Program-made: the position numbers and the translations under genes | Origin: Nitrososphaerota archaeon | Lineage (GTDB): Archaea > Thermoproteota > Nitrososphaeria_A > Caldarchaeales > Calditenuaceae | NCBI GenBank assembly: GCA_041641295.1 | Contig: JBEPYO010000001.1 | Span: 480,001-544,000, forward strand | Direction: 5' to 3' | Length of the DNA: 64,000 bases | The notes under the pieces: model-generated | Databases searched by the model: none | The model's input: only the letters and a program-made list of their open reading frames with translations | What the model was told of the DNA's origin: nothing | In this document: one piece after another, positions 8,389 through 16,088 of the stretch | Layout of the letters: the number at the start of each line of letters is the position of its first letter | How positions within the stretch are numbered: the stretch's first letter is position 1

Positions 8389-10716
8389 TTGGATCCCCAC
8401 CAGCTCCCACCTTCCCACTCAATCAAGAGGTGGCTACTGACAACAAACCATAAAGACGTCGGAATACTATACCTCGTGACTTCTCTATACTTCTTGATTG
8501 TAGGCGGTGTGTTAGCCCTACTCTTTAGGCTACAGCTAGCTGGGCCTGGACTTAACATACTTTCTCCTCCAGCTTTCAACCAAGCGGTAACTATCCATGG
8601 ATTGGTCATGGTTCTCTTCGTAGTCTCCCCACTAGCATTCGCCTTGGCTAACTATATTGTTCCGCTCCAGATAGGTGCGCGGGACTTGGCGTTTCCGAGG
8701 CTCAACGCCCTGAGCTACTGGCTCTACCTCTTCGGAGGGTTGCTTGTTGTGATTTCTTTCTTCCAGGATAGGACGCTTGATGTTGGATGGACTCTATATC
8801 AGCCCTTGTCATCAGCCTTCTCGCCCTATGTCGGCGTAAATACGGGGGGTTTAGGGCTGGCGCTCCTAACGGCTTCTGTAACAGTTTCTACTGTGAATTT
8901 CGTTGTAACTATCTTCAGGTCGAGGGCTAAGGGGTTGAGGCTGACCGCTCTCCCCATGTTCACTATAGGCATCCTACTCACCGTGTTGATGATGCTCTAC
9001 GCATTCCCCGCACTACTGGCTGGAATAATTCTCCTAGCCTCCGACAGGATTCTGGGGACGGTATACTTCACCTCCCCACAGGGAGGAGCAATCCTCTGGG
9101 ACCACATATTCTGGTTCTTCGGACACCCGGAGGTCTACATAGTCCTATTCCCCGCCCTGGGCGTCTTTGGAGACGTCCTAGTCACTTTTTCGAGAAGACC
9201 ACTCTTCGCCCGGAGGATTATAATAGCGGCCATGGTTGTGGTTGCTACTCTGAGCTTCCTCGTCTGGGGACACCACATGTTCCTCACGGGCATGCACCCT
9301 GATGTGAGGAGGGCGTTCACGGTTACGACAATCGCGATATCCCTGCCCTTCGATGCGATAATCCTCTCATTCATCTACACTTTGGCTAAGGCCAGGATTG
9401 AGCTTAGGACGCCCATGCTCTTCGTGCTCGGCTCAATAGCAATATTCATCATAGGCGGGATCACCGGGGTTTTCTTGGGCTCCATCGCTCTAGACTATGT
9501 CCTGCGAGGCACGTACTTTGTCGTGGCTCACTTCCACTACACGATGGCTGGAGGTGCTTTAGTGGGGCTGATAGCGGGTGTATACTACTGGTATCCCAAG
9601 ATGACTGGGAGAATGTTTAGCGAGAAGCTGGGTAGGCTCCAGTTTGTACTGACCATGATAGGATTCAACATGCTCTACTTCCCACTCTTCCTTTCATGGG
9701 AGATGCCGAGGCGCGTCCCCCTATACATCGAGAAGCTCATGCCTCTACAGCAGATCGCAACAATCGGCGGGTTCATTTTCGCAACATCGTTCCTCGTCAT
9801 GTTCTGGAACCTGCTATACAGCCTAAGATATGGAGAGCCTGCTGGCAAAAATCCATGGGGGGCTCACACGCTGGAGTGGATGACTGAGTCTCCACCACCG
9901 CCCCACAACTTCGACGGCACCCCAACCTTCGCTGATGGGAGGCTATCCTTCATAGCGGCAAACGGCGCAGCTCACGGCGAGCCTGAGACACATCTTAGCC
10001 CCTGGCCCTTCATGCTAAGCCTTGCCTCGTTTGTAGCCCTGCTGGGTTTGACGACGCATATTCTAATATCGGTCGCTGGTGTGGGCTTGCTTGCCTTCTC
10101 GGTCCTAGGCTTCGCTGGTGAGAGATTTGTTAGCCGTGAAGAAGCCCTCGGCGAGAGGTGGCCATTCGAGCATGTAGATAGGATGAAGCTGGCCTGGTGG
10201 ACATTCATCTCTTCTGAGGTCGTGCTCTTCGGGGTTATTCTCAGCGCCTATGTCTATGTGAGAACCGCGTCAGCTACTTGGCCTGCCCCTGGGACGCTTC
10301 TTGACATAAGCCACGGAGCGATGAATACGTTCATCCTCCTCACCAGCAGCCTAACGGTAGTTTTAGCGCTGGCCTCCTCGAGGGTGGGCAACAGGGTGGG
10401 AACGGTTGGATTCCTAGCAGCCACGCTATTCCTCGGCACCCTCTTCCTATTCAACAAGTATAATGAGTGGTCTGAGCTCTTCAGCCACGGCATAACATTC
10501 TCCAGCAGTCTACCTGCGTCAACCTTCTTCCTAACTACAGGAATCCACGGAGCACACGTCTTTGCAGGACTCCTCGCGCTAGCCTATCTCTTGGCTCGGG
10601 CGTTGAGGGGGGCCTACATTGGCAAGGGTCACGAGACTCTAGAGTACTTCGGATACTACTGGCACTTCGTCGACATAGTTTGGGTCTTTATCTTCCCGCT
10701 CTTCTATCTGGTGTGA
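8389..10716 (+). CDS. A-type heme-copper oxidase, fused subunit I + III (SoxM-like architecture)
   Basis: HKDVG, HG, WFFGHPEVY, VWGHHMF and VAHFHY (subunit I); SEVVLF, TGIHGAHV and YWHFVDIVW (subunit III). Confidence 0.95.
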   Translation: MDPHQLPPSHSIKRWLLTTNHKDVGILYLVTSLYFLIVGGVLALLFRLQLAGPGLNILSPPAFNQAVTIHGLVMVLFVVSPLAFALANYIVPLQIGARDLAFPRLNALSYWLYLFGGLLVVISFFQDRTLDVGWTLYQPLSSAFSPYVGVNTGGLGLALLTASVTVSTVNFVVTIFRSRAKGLRLTALPMFTIGILLTVLMMLYAFPALLAGIILLASDRILGTVYFTSPQGGAILWDHIFWFFGHPEVYIVLFPALGVFGDVLVTFSRRPLFARRIIIAAMVVVATLSFLVWGHHMFLTGMHPDVRRAFTVTTIAISLPFDAIILSFIYTLAKARIELRTPMLFVLGSIAIFIIGGITGVFLGSIALDYVLRGTYFVVAHFHYTMAGGALVGLIAGVYYWYPKMTGRMFSEKLGRLQFVLTMIGFNMLYFPLFLSWEMPRRVPLYIEKLMPLQQIATIGGFIFATSFLVMFWNLLYSLRYGEPAGKNPWGAHTLEWMTESPPPPHNFDGTPTFADGRLSFIAANGAAHGEPETHLSPWPFMLSLASFVALLGLTTHILISVAGVGLLAFSVLGFAGERFVSREEALGERWPFEHVDRMKLAWWTFISSEVVLFGVILSAYVYVRTASATWPAPGTLLDISHGAMNTFILLTSSLTVVLALASSRVGNRVGTVGFLAATLFLGTLFLFNKYNEWSELFSHGITFSSSLPASTFFLTTGIHGAHVFAGLLALAYLLARALRGAYIGKGHETLEYFGYYWHFVDIVWVFIFPLFYLV

Positions 10717-10717
10717 G

Positions 10718-10999
10718 GTGAGTGAGATGCGCGTGTGGGTGTACTTATCGGTCTTCGCCGCCCTGGTCTTGATGACTGTTCTGGAGCTGGTGCTCTTTAG
10801 TCTGCCGCTCCCGAGGCTTATCATAGACATGAGTATAGTGGGTCTGGCCGGTGGGAAGGCCATCCTCATCGCCCTCTTCTTCCAACACCTAGCGTATGAG
10901 CCGAGAAGCCTGTCGGCTTTCGCCCTACTGGGGTTAGGAAGCGTGGTGGCCTTCCTCTTCCTCAGCGTATACTCAATAATCGGGATTGTGTTTAGATAG
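10718..10999 (+). CDS. Cytochrome c oxidase subunit IV
   Basis: Three TM helices, KAILIALFFQHL.YE motif, operon position. Confidence 0.85.
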   Translation: MSEMRVWVYLSVFAALVLMTVLELVLFSLPLPRLIIDMSIVGLAGGKAILIALFFQHLAYEPRSLSAFALLGLGSVVAFLFLSVYSIIGIVFR

Positions 11000-11022
11000 T
11001 TTCTGAGGGTGGTGGGCTTTCT

Positions 11023-11115
11023 ATGAGGAGCGCCTATCTTGTGGCGGTCTTCGCGGGTCTGGCCGGGCTGGTGCTTGTAGTTCTGCTGCTCTGGAGGCTG
11101 GTCGGAGGCCTATAG
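11023..11115 (+). CDS. Unannotated 30-aa single-TM microprotein at the end of the cox operon
   Basis: ATG 11023 preceded by GAGGGTGGTGG; reads MRSAYLVAVFAGLAGLVLVVLLLWRLVGGL; stop overlaps the convergent polB2 stop. Confidence 0.55.
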   Translation: MRSAYLVAVFAGLAGLVLVVLLLWRLVGGL

Positions 11116-13212
11116 CCACCTCTCAAGCCTAGCGTCTTTCGCTGGATGGTTTATCGAGGCTCCTATGGCCTCGAAGACCGTCTCCGCCGCCCTCCTGAGA
11201 TAGGCCCTGTAGTACTCCTTGTCGTATCTCCCCCTGAAGAGCTGTGTGGCCCTAACCCTGAGGAGGGGGTTTGGATGGCTCTGCGAGGTGATTATGAATC
11301 CGACCTCCATCCCCTTCTCAAGCCTTATCCCGAGGGCTTGGAGCTGGGTGGCTGCGGACGATTGGGCGAGGCCGCGGCTATACTCTCTTGGGTCTTTTCC
11401 CAGCGTCTTCCTTATCTCAAGCTCCTCGACACCTAATCCGCCGTCGATGAGCCCTTCATACTCTTCCAGCAGCTTGACGCCCTCCTCAACACCGCGAGTA
11501 AGGACCTCTCCGACACTGTCGAAGGACATGAGGGTTCTGATGAGCCGCTCCTGAAACTCCTTCACTATGGCCGGCGTGTCACTCCTTCTAAGCTCTATAC
11601 CCCGCGCCTCAACCACCCCTTCGTAGGTTAGGCCGAAATACCTCTTTAGGGCCGGCGTGTCAGGGTCTGTCCTTAGGCGTGGGAAGGCTATGAACTTGAA
11701 GTGCCGGTCGAGGGACATGGGGAGCCCCGTTGCCGCCGATATCTCCTCTGCAAGCCTCTCGTAGTCCCTCCTCGACGCCCCATTCCTATGGACGAAGAGG
11801 GAGTCCACGTCGCCGTAGACTATCTCGAAGCCGTTCTCCTCGGCAACCCACTTGCTTATGAGCATCGCCTCCCTCGAGACCCTGTTTATCTCCTCGAATG
11901 CGAGGGTGTTTCCGAACCTGTTCCAGCAGCAGCCGCTTATCCCATACTGGGTGCAGAGTATCAGCTTGAGGGCCTCTATCCTCTCCGTGCAGTAGAGCTC
12001 CTCGTCGCTTAGTGGTGGTAGGGTTTTCCTGAGCCTCTTGAGCCTGAGCCGCCTCTCAAGCCACGGCCGCAGGATTGAGGGTATGAGCCTCCCACTGCCC
12101 GAGGGGCTCTCATAGCTTATCCTATGCTTCAGTATGATGCTGGGGTATTGGGAGTCGAAGTCTAGGGCTGCCACGTTCTCGTGGAGGCCTGGCTTGGGCG
12201 TGAATGTCACACCGCCCCGGTCGCGCTCCAAGAGCTCAACCAGACATCTCACCTCCTCCATATACTCGAGCCTCGGCGCGTGGATGCCCATCCTCGCGAG
12301 CTCGTAGAGGTTTCGCGAATCAATACACCTGTTGCTGGTCCACCTAGTCGCTAGGCCTAGTGTCGTGAAGGAGAAGCGGGCCCTCTCAACAAGACCCGCG
12401 AGACCATACTCGTCAGGCTCGAAGCCGTAGAAGACATCTCCCAAAAAGACCCTGCCAGCAGCCGAGCCCTGAGAGAGCCTCCAAGCATCAAGACACCTCC
12501 CAACAGCCCTACGGACCTCGGGGCTCGCCAGCCACTCCATAAACGGTCCACAAGAACCACGATGAAGGCCGGGAACATAGATTAGATCTGGGTCAAGGCT
12601 GGCGATCAGCCTCACCAGCTCTTCCAAGACCCTGTCCTCAGAGCCTTCAACCCACCAGGAGCTCCTGGCACGCTGTATATGCAGGCCAGCCAACCTCGCA
12701 CCCGAGTATCTCGGCAAAATCTTTAGGAGTGAGAATGGGGGTGGTCTGATCTCGTCCAAGTCCTCTAGGCGTTCGGCGGAGACTATCCTGTCCCCCGAGA
12801 CCGTGAAGACTGCGCGGCTGGATGGCTCGATCTGTAGGCGGTTGAATAGGTATCTCTGGACGTGGGGGAGGTCGTCGCCGTATGTCTCCACCGCTAGACC
12901 ACTACGCTTGACTAGCCTTGAGACGCGGCCGATGCTCCTCGCGCAGAAGGACTCTATCCTCACCAGACACCTCCGCTCTGTATTCCTCAGGCCTACAAGC
13001 CCCTCGACAACCTTGACACTTCTGACAAGGGGTGACTGCTCGAGGAGCTGGACCAGCTCCCTCAGAGCCTCGACACTCCGCGGCTCAGCGAGGATGTGTG
13101 GGCGATACTCGTCGACCAGTCTCAGAGCCTCTCCGCTAGGCGTCTTAACCCACACAACCGCCTCGTCGTCTAGCACGTATACGTCGAGGATCCAGCCCTC
13201 TATACTCCTCAG
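11110..13212 (-). CDS. polB2: Family B DNA polymerase, PolB2 group (exonuclease degenerate, polymerase aspartates intact)
   Basis: DRGG..F.P..G.HENV, DFDSQYPSII, KLILCTQYG, YGDVDSLFV, KRYFG and RGIELRRSD; N-terminal GWILDVY lies upstream of the tracked GTG 13176, so the start is placed at CTG 13212. Confidence 0.85.
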   Translation of the reverse strand: MRSIEGWILDVYVLDDEAVVWVKTPSGEALRLVDEYRPHILAEPRSVEALRELVQLLEQSPLVRSVKVVEGLVGLRNTERRCLVRIESFCARSIGRVSRLVKRSGLAVETYGDDLPHVQRYLFNRLQIEPSSRAVFTVSGDRIVSAERLEDLDEIRPPPFSLLKILPRYSGARLAGLHIQRARSSWWVEGSEDRVLEELVRLIASLDPDLIYVPGLHRGSCGPFMEWLASPEVRRAVGRCLDAWRLSQGSAAGRVFLGDVFYGFEPDEYGLAGLVERARFSFTTLGLATRWTSNRCIDSRNLYELARMGIHAPRLEYMEEVRCLVELLERDRGGVTFTPKPGLHENVAALDFDSQYPSIILKHRISYESPSGSGRLIPSILRPWLERRLRLKRLRKTLPPLSDEELYCTERIEALKLILCTQYGISGCCWNRFGNTLAFEEINRVSREAMLISKWVAEENGFEIVYGDVDSLFVHRNGASRRDYERLAEEISAATGLPMSLDRHFKFIAFPRLRTDPDTPALKRYFGLTYEGVVEARGIELRRSDTPAIVKEFQERLIRTLMSFDSVGEVLTRGVEEGVKLLEEYEGLIDGGLGVEELEIRKTLGKDPREYSRGLAQSSAATQLQALGIRLEKGMEVGFIITSQSHPNPLLRVRATQLFRGRYDKEYYRAYLRRAAETVFEAIGASINHPAKDARLERWL

Positions 13213-13511
13213 CCGCCAGACCCCCTCCCCATCTCCCTGAGCCTGGCCTCTATCTCCGCGATCCTCTTCTTCAGCTCCTCTATCTCGGCCTTGTTATGTA
13301 TGTTGGCCGCCAGGTTCATCGAGTCTAGGATGGTTATCTCACCCAAGCCGCCCATCGCAGCGTGCTCCTGGCCCCAGACCTCCCTGATCAGCGTGTCCAA
13401 GGCCCTCCTATGCCTCTCCTCCCTTAGAAGCGGTCTATAGGTCCGCCTAAGCCGCTCCACAACCTGCCTGTAGAGCTGTCTGAAGGGAGGGGTAATCCTA
13501 CCCAAGCCCAC
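13209..13511 (-). CDS. Small helical PolB2-associated protein (arCOG07300-like); probably the C-terminal part of a frameshifted fusion
   Basis: GRITPPFRQ N-terminus, coiled-coil C-terminus, immediately upstream of polB2. Confidence 0.75.
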   Translation of the reverse strand: MGLGRITPPFRQLYRQVVERLRRTYRPLLREERHRRALDTLIREVWGQEHAAMGGLGEITILDSMNLAANIHNKAEIEELKKRIAEIEARLREMGRGSGG

Positions 13512-14211
13512 CAGCCAGGGGGAGGATCCGAGGGAGACCAGCCGCGGAGCAGGCAGCGAAGCGTGCTTGACGAGCCTGGCGACTAGGCCCGAGCCCCTCA
13601 GGGCGAAAAAACACTATCACTGCAGCCCTATGAATGATCTGGGCCGGGAGCTTGGGCGTGGCGCGGGCCGGGTCTGGTGAGTCTTCTATGGAGGGGGCTG
13701 TGACCACCAGCGGTGCAGAGGCCCTAGAGGCGGCCTCCATGAGGATTGAGACCGACTTGACGAGGGCGGATGAGGCCTCGCCGCCCTCCCTATCCAGGAA
13801 GGCTGGGGCGTTGTGCATGGCTATGAGCGCCACCCTCCCCCTCTTTCCGATATCCTCTGAGAGCTCCTCAGCCGCGCAGACCTGCCGCCTAGCGTTGAAG
13901 GCCGCGGCGCAGCGTATTGCTGACAGGACCTTGAGGGGCTCTACACCCGCCATCTTCGAGACTGTCGAGAGGGATGTGGCGTCGATGAGTGTCTTCTCGC
14001 CATAGTAGTCAGTGTTGTTCAGATACGCCACCCACCCGTGCCTCGAGGCCTCAACCATCAGCCTGTAGAGCACGAGGTCGGTGACCACCCGGTCCCCGTA
14101 GAAGATGTGCAGGGCTCCGGGCCTAAGCCCACCTATCAGAGCGTCAAGCCGCTCCAAGCCGGTTGGTACTGGGCGGCGGAGAAGCATCAGCTCGGAGGCC
14201 CGTTTCATCAA
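13498..14211 (-). CDS. Inactivated RadA/RecA-fold protein; C-terminus apparently continues in the +1 frame
   Basis: PTGLERLDALIGGL..G.L..FYG without GKT; ...AAVIVFF is followed in the +1 frame by LVARLVKH. Confidence 0.75.
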   Translation of the reverse strand: MMKRASELMLLRRPVPTGLERLDALIGGLRPGALHIFYGDRVVTDLVLYRLMVEASRHGWVAYLNNTDYYGEKTLIDATSLSTVSKMAGVEPLKVLSAIRCAAAFNARRQVCAAEELSEDIGKRGRVALIAMHNAPAFLDREGGEASSALVKSVSILMEAASRASAPLVVTAPSIEDSPDPARATPKLPAQIIHRAAVIVFFRPEGLGPSRQARQARFAACSAAGLPRILPLAGGLG

Positions 14212-14258
14212 GACTCATCAACGCCTCCGGGGGGAGACCACCCTCCCGGCCCACGCAG

Positions 14259-15278
14259 CTACCGCTTTGACTCCGCGTCCTCTATGCCCTTCTCCGAGAT
14301 CCTAAAGCGCGCCTCCAGGTCAGACGGGTGGTAGGGGCTGTCCATTATCCTGGCTATCCTCGTATCATCTGGCCCCCTCCTCAGGAATACTCTATACGTC
14401 GTGCTGTGGGCTAGGACGTGGCCGCCGCTGGGCTTTGTGGGGTTCCCATAGAAGGCTCCGGGGTCTCCGACGACCTGGTTAGTAACTACTACTGCAACAT
14501 TCCTAATCTCCGCCAGCCTGAGCAGGCGGTGGAGCGTCGCGTTAAGCTTCTGCTGCCTCTCCGACAGATTCTCCCTACCCACATAGTCTGCCCTGAAGTG
14601 TGAGATGATCGAGTCTACGACAACGAGCCTAGCCTTGTACTTCTCCAAGTGCCTCCCAAGCTCCCTCACGACGAGCTGGAGGTGGCTCGAGTTATACACC
14701 TCCGACACCACAACACCTTCTAAGACCTTGTCAGGATTCAGGCCGCGGGCCTTGGCTATCTCGTAAATCCTCTCAGGCCTAAACGTCGACTCGGTGTCGA
14801 TGTATATCGCTCCTGCGGAGAGGCCGCCCTTCTCCCGCGGCAGCTGGACAGTGACGCAGAGGGTGTGGCATATCTGGGTCTTCCCACACCCATACTCGCC
14901 TACCAGCTCAGTCACCGCCTGAGTCTCCACACCACCCATCAGCAGGTTGTCAAGAGACGAGCAGCCGGTAGTTATCCGCTCCAGGCTCTTCCTACGCTCC
15001 AAGACCTCCTTCCCAGTCATCAGCTCGGAGTCCAAGAATCCGCTGCTGACCAGTAGGACCCTGGCCTGGAGGCAGAGCTCCTCGGCCTTCTTCGCATCAA
15101 TCCCAGCCTCAACAAGCTCGCGGGGAGAGGCCGCGGCTAGGTCTAGCAGGCTATATATCCCAATGGAGGTTAGCTTCTCTTTAGTAGCCTCACCCACGCC
15201 CCTCAGGTCTGCTAGGCTGTAGATGTCCACCTCCTCGCCGTCCTCGCGGGCCTCACCCCTCTTGGCTGCGGGGCTCAT
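14259..15278 (-). CDS. radA: DNA repair and recombination protein RadA
   Basis: N-terminal HhH (LRGVGEAT), Walker A GEYGCGKTQ, YIDTESTFRPERI, VVDS, GRENLSERQQKL, GGHVLAH. Confidence 0.92.
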   Translation of the reverse strand: MSPAAKRGEAREDGEEVDIYSLADLRGVGEATKEKLTSIGIYSLLDLAAASPRELVEAGIDAKKAEELCLQARVLLVSSGFLDSELMTGKEVLERRKSLERITTGCSSLDNLLMGGVETQAVTELVGEYGCGKTQICHTLCVTVQLPREKGGLSAGAIYIDTESTFRPERIYEIAKARGLNPDKVLEGVVVSEVYNSSHLQLVVRELGRHLEKYKARLVVVDSIISHFRADYVGRENLSERQQKLNATLHRLLRLAEIRNVAVVVTNQVVGDPGAFYGNPTKPSGGHVLAHSTTYRVFLRRGPDDTRIARIMDSPYHPSDLEARFRISEKGIEDAESKR

Positions 15279-15325
15279 GGCCAGAATCGGGGACCCGGCA
15301 TAGATATAGATTAAGACCCCTCGGC

Positions 15326-15347
15326 GAAAGTAACGAATGAAAAGTAA
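15326..15347 (-). promoter_or_regulatory. Tandem TTACTTT(T)C repeat upstream of the radA TATA box (may double as the nusA terminator)
   Basis: Minus strand TTACTTTTC-ATTCG-TTACTTTC, followed by TTAATCTATAT about 30 nt before the radA ATG. Confidence 0.4.
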
Positions 15348-15360
15348 AGGGACGGCGGGG

Positions 15361-15795
15361 CTACTCTATCACGACCCGCTCGATCTTGAAGTGCCTCTTG
15401 GCCATTCTCCGCACTATCCCCACGTTCCGGCCGCCCTTTCCAATCACCATCGCCTTGTCCTCGGGGTCGACCTTGATGATGGCTGTGAGCTGCCCATCCT
15501 TGCCAGGAACTATCTTGACCTCCCGCGCCTTAGCTGGCTTCACCGCGTTGGATAGGAAGGAGGCTGCATCCCCACAGTATTCCACGACCTTCAGCCGCTT
15601 CTTCAATAGGTTTGACAGCTCCTGTATCTTCACTCCCTTCTTACCGATGGCTCGGCCGAACTCGCCCTCCCTGACCAGGAAGACGATCTGCTCGTCGTCG
15701 GCTAGGCAGTCAATCACGGTTGCCCCAGTATAGCTCTGGAAAAGGGAGACAAGCCTCATCTCACGTTCTGTTAGCTTGATCTCCTCGTCTGTCAA
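15361..15795 (-). CDS. nusA: Archaeal NusA (two KH domains)
   Basis: AIGKKG and VIGKGGRNV motifs; position after L30e. Confidence 0.95.
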   Translation of the reverse strand: MTDEEIKLTEREMRLVSLFQSYTGATVIDCLADDEQIVFLVREGEFGRAIGKKGVKIQELSNLLKKRLKVVEYCGDAASFLSNAVKPAKAREVKIVPGKDGQLTAIIKVDPEDKAMVIGKGGRNVGIVRRMAKRHFKIERVVIE

Positions 15796-16088
15796 CTGGC
15801 CTCGCCCAGTAGTGAAGAGTTTCCAAGATCGATTATCGCAACGGCTGATGCTCCGAACGGCTTACCGAGCGCTTGGCCTATCTCTCTCGCGGTCAGGTCA
15901 GAGTAGATTATAGGGATCGCCGAGATCTTAGCTGCGAGTTCCATCTTCTGCCTCACGCTCTCCGGGCAGTTACTGGCTAGGACTATAGCCTTAGCCGACT
16001 TCCTCACCACGCTCAGATAGCTCTGCCTAAACCCGAGCAGGTATTTCCCAGTGAGCCTGATAACTCCGAGCTCCTTCCTCACGTCCAT
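15792..16088 (-). CDS. rpl30e: 50S ribosomal protein L30e
   Basis: TGKYLLG, LASNCP, IGQALGKPF, IIDLGNS. Confidence 0.95.
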   Translation of the reverse strand: MDVRKELGVIRLTGKYLLGFRQSYLSVVRKSAKAIVLASNCPESVRQKMELAAKISAIPIIYSDLTAREIGQALGKPFGASAVAIIDLGNSSLLGEAS

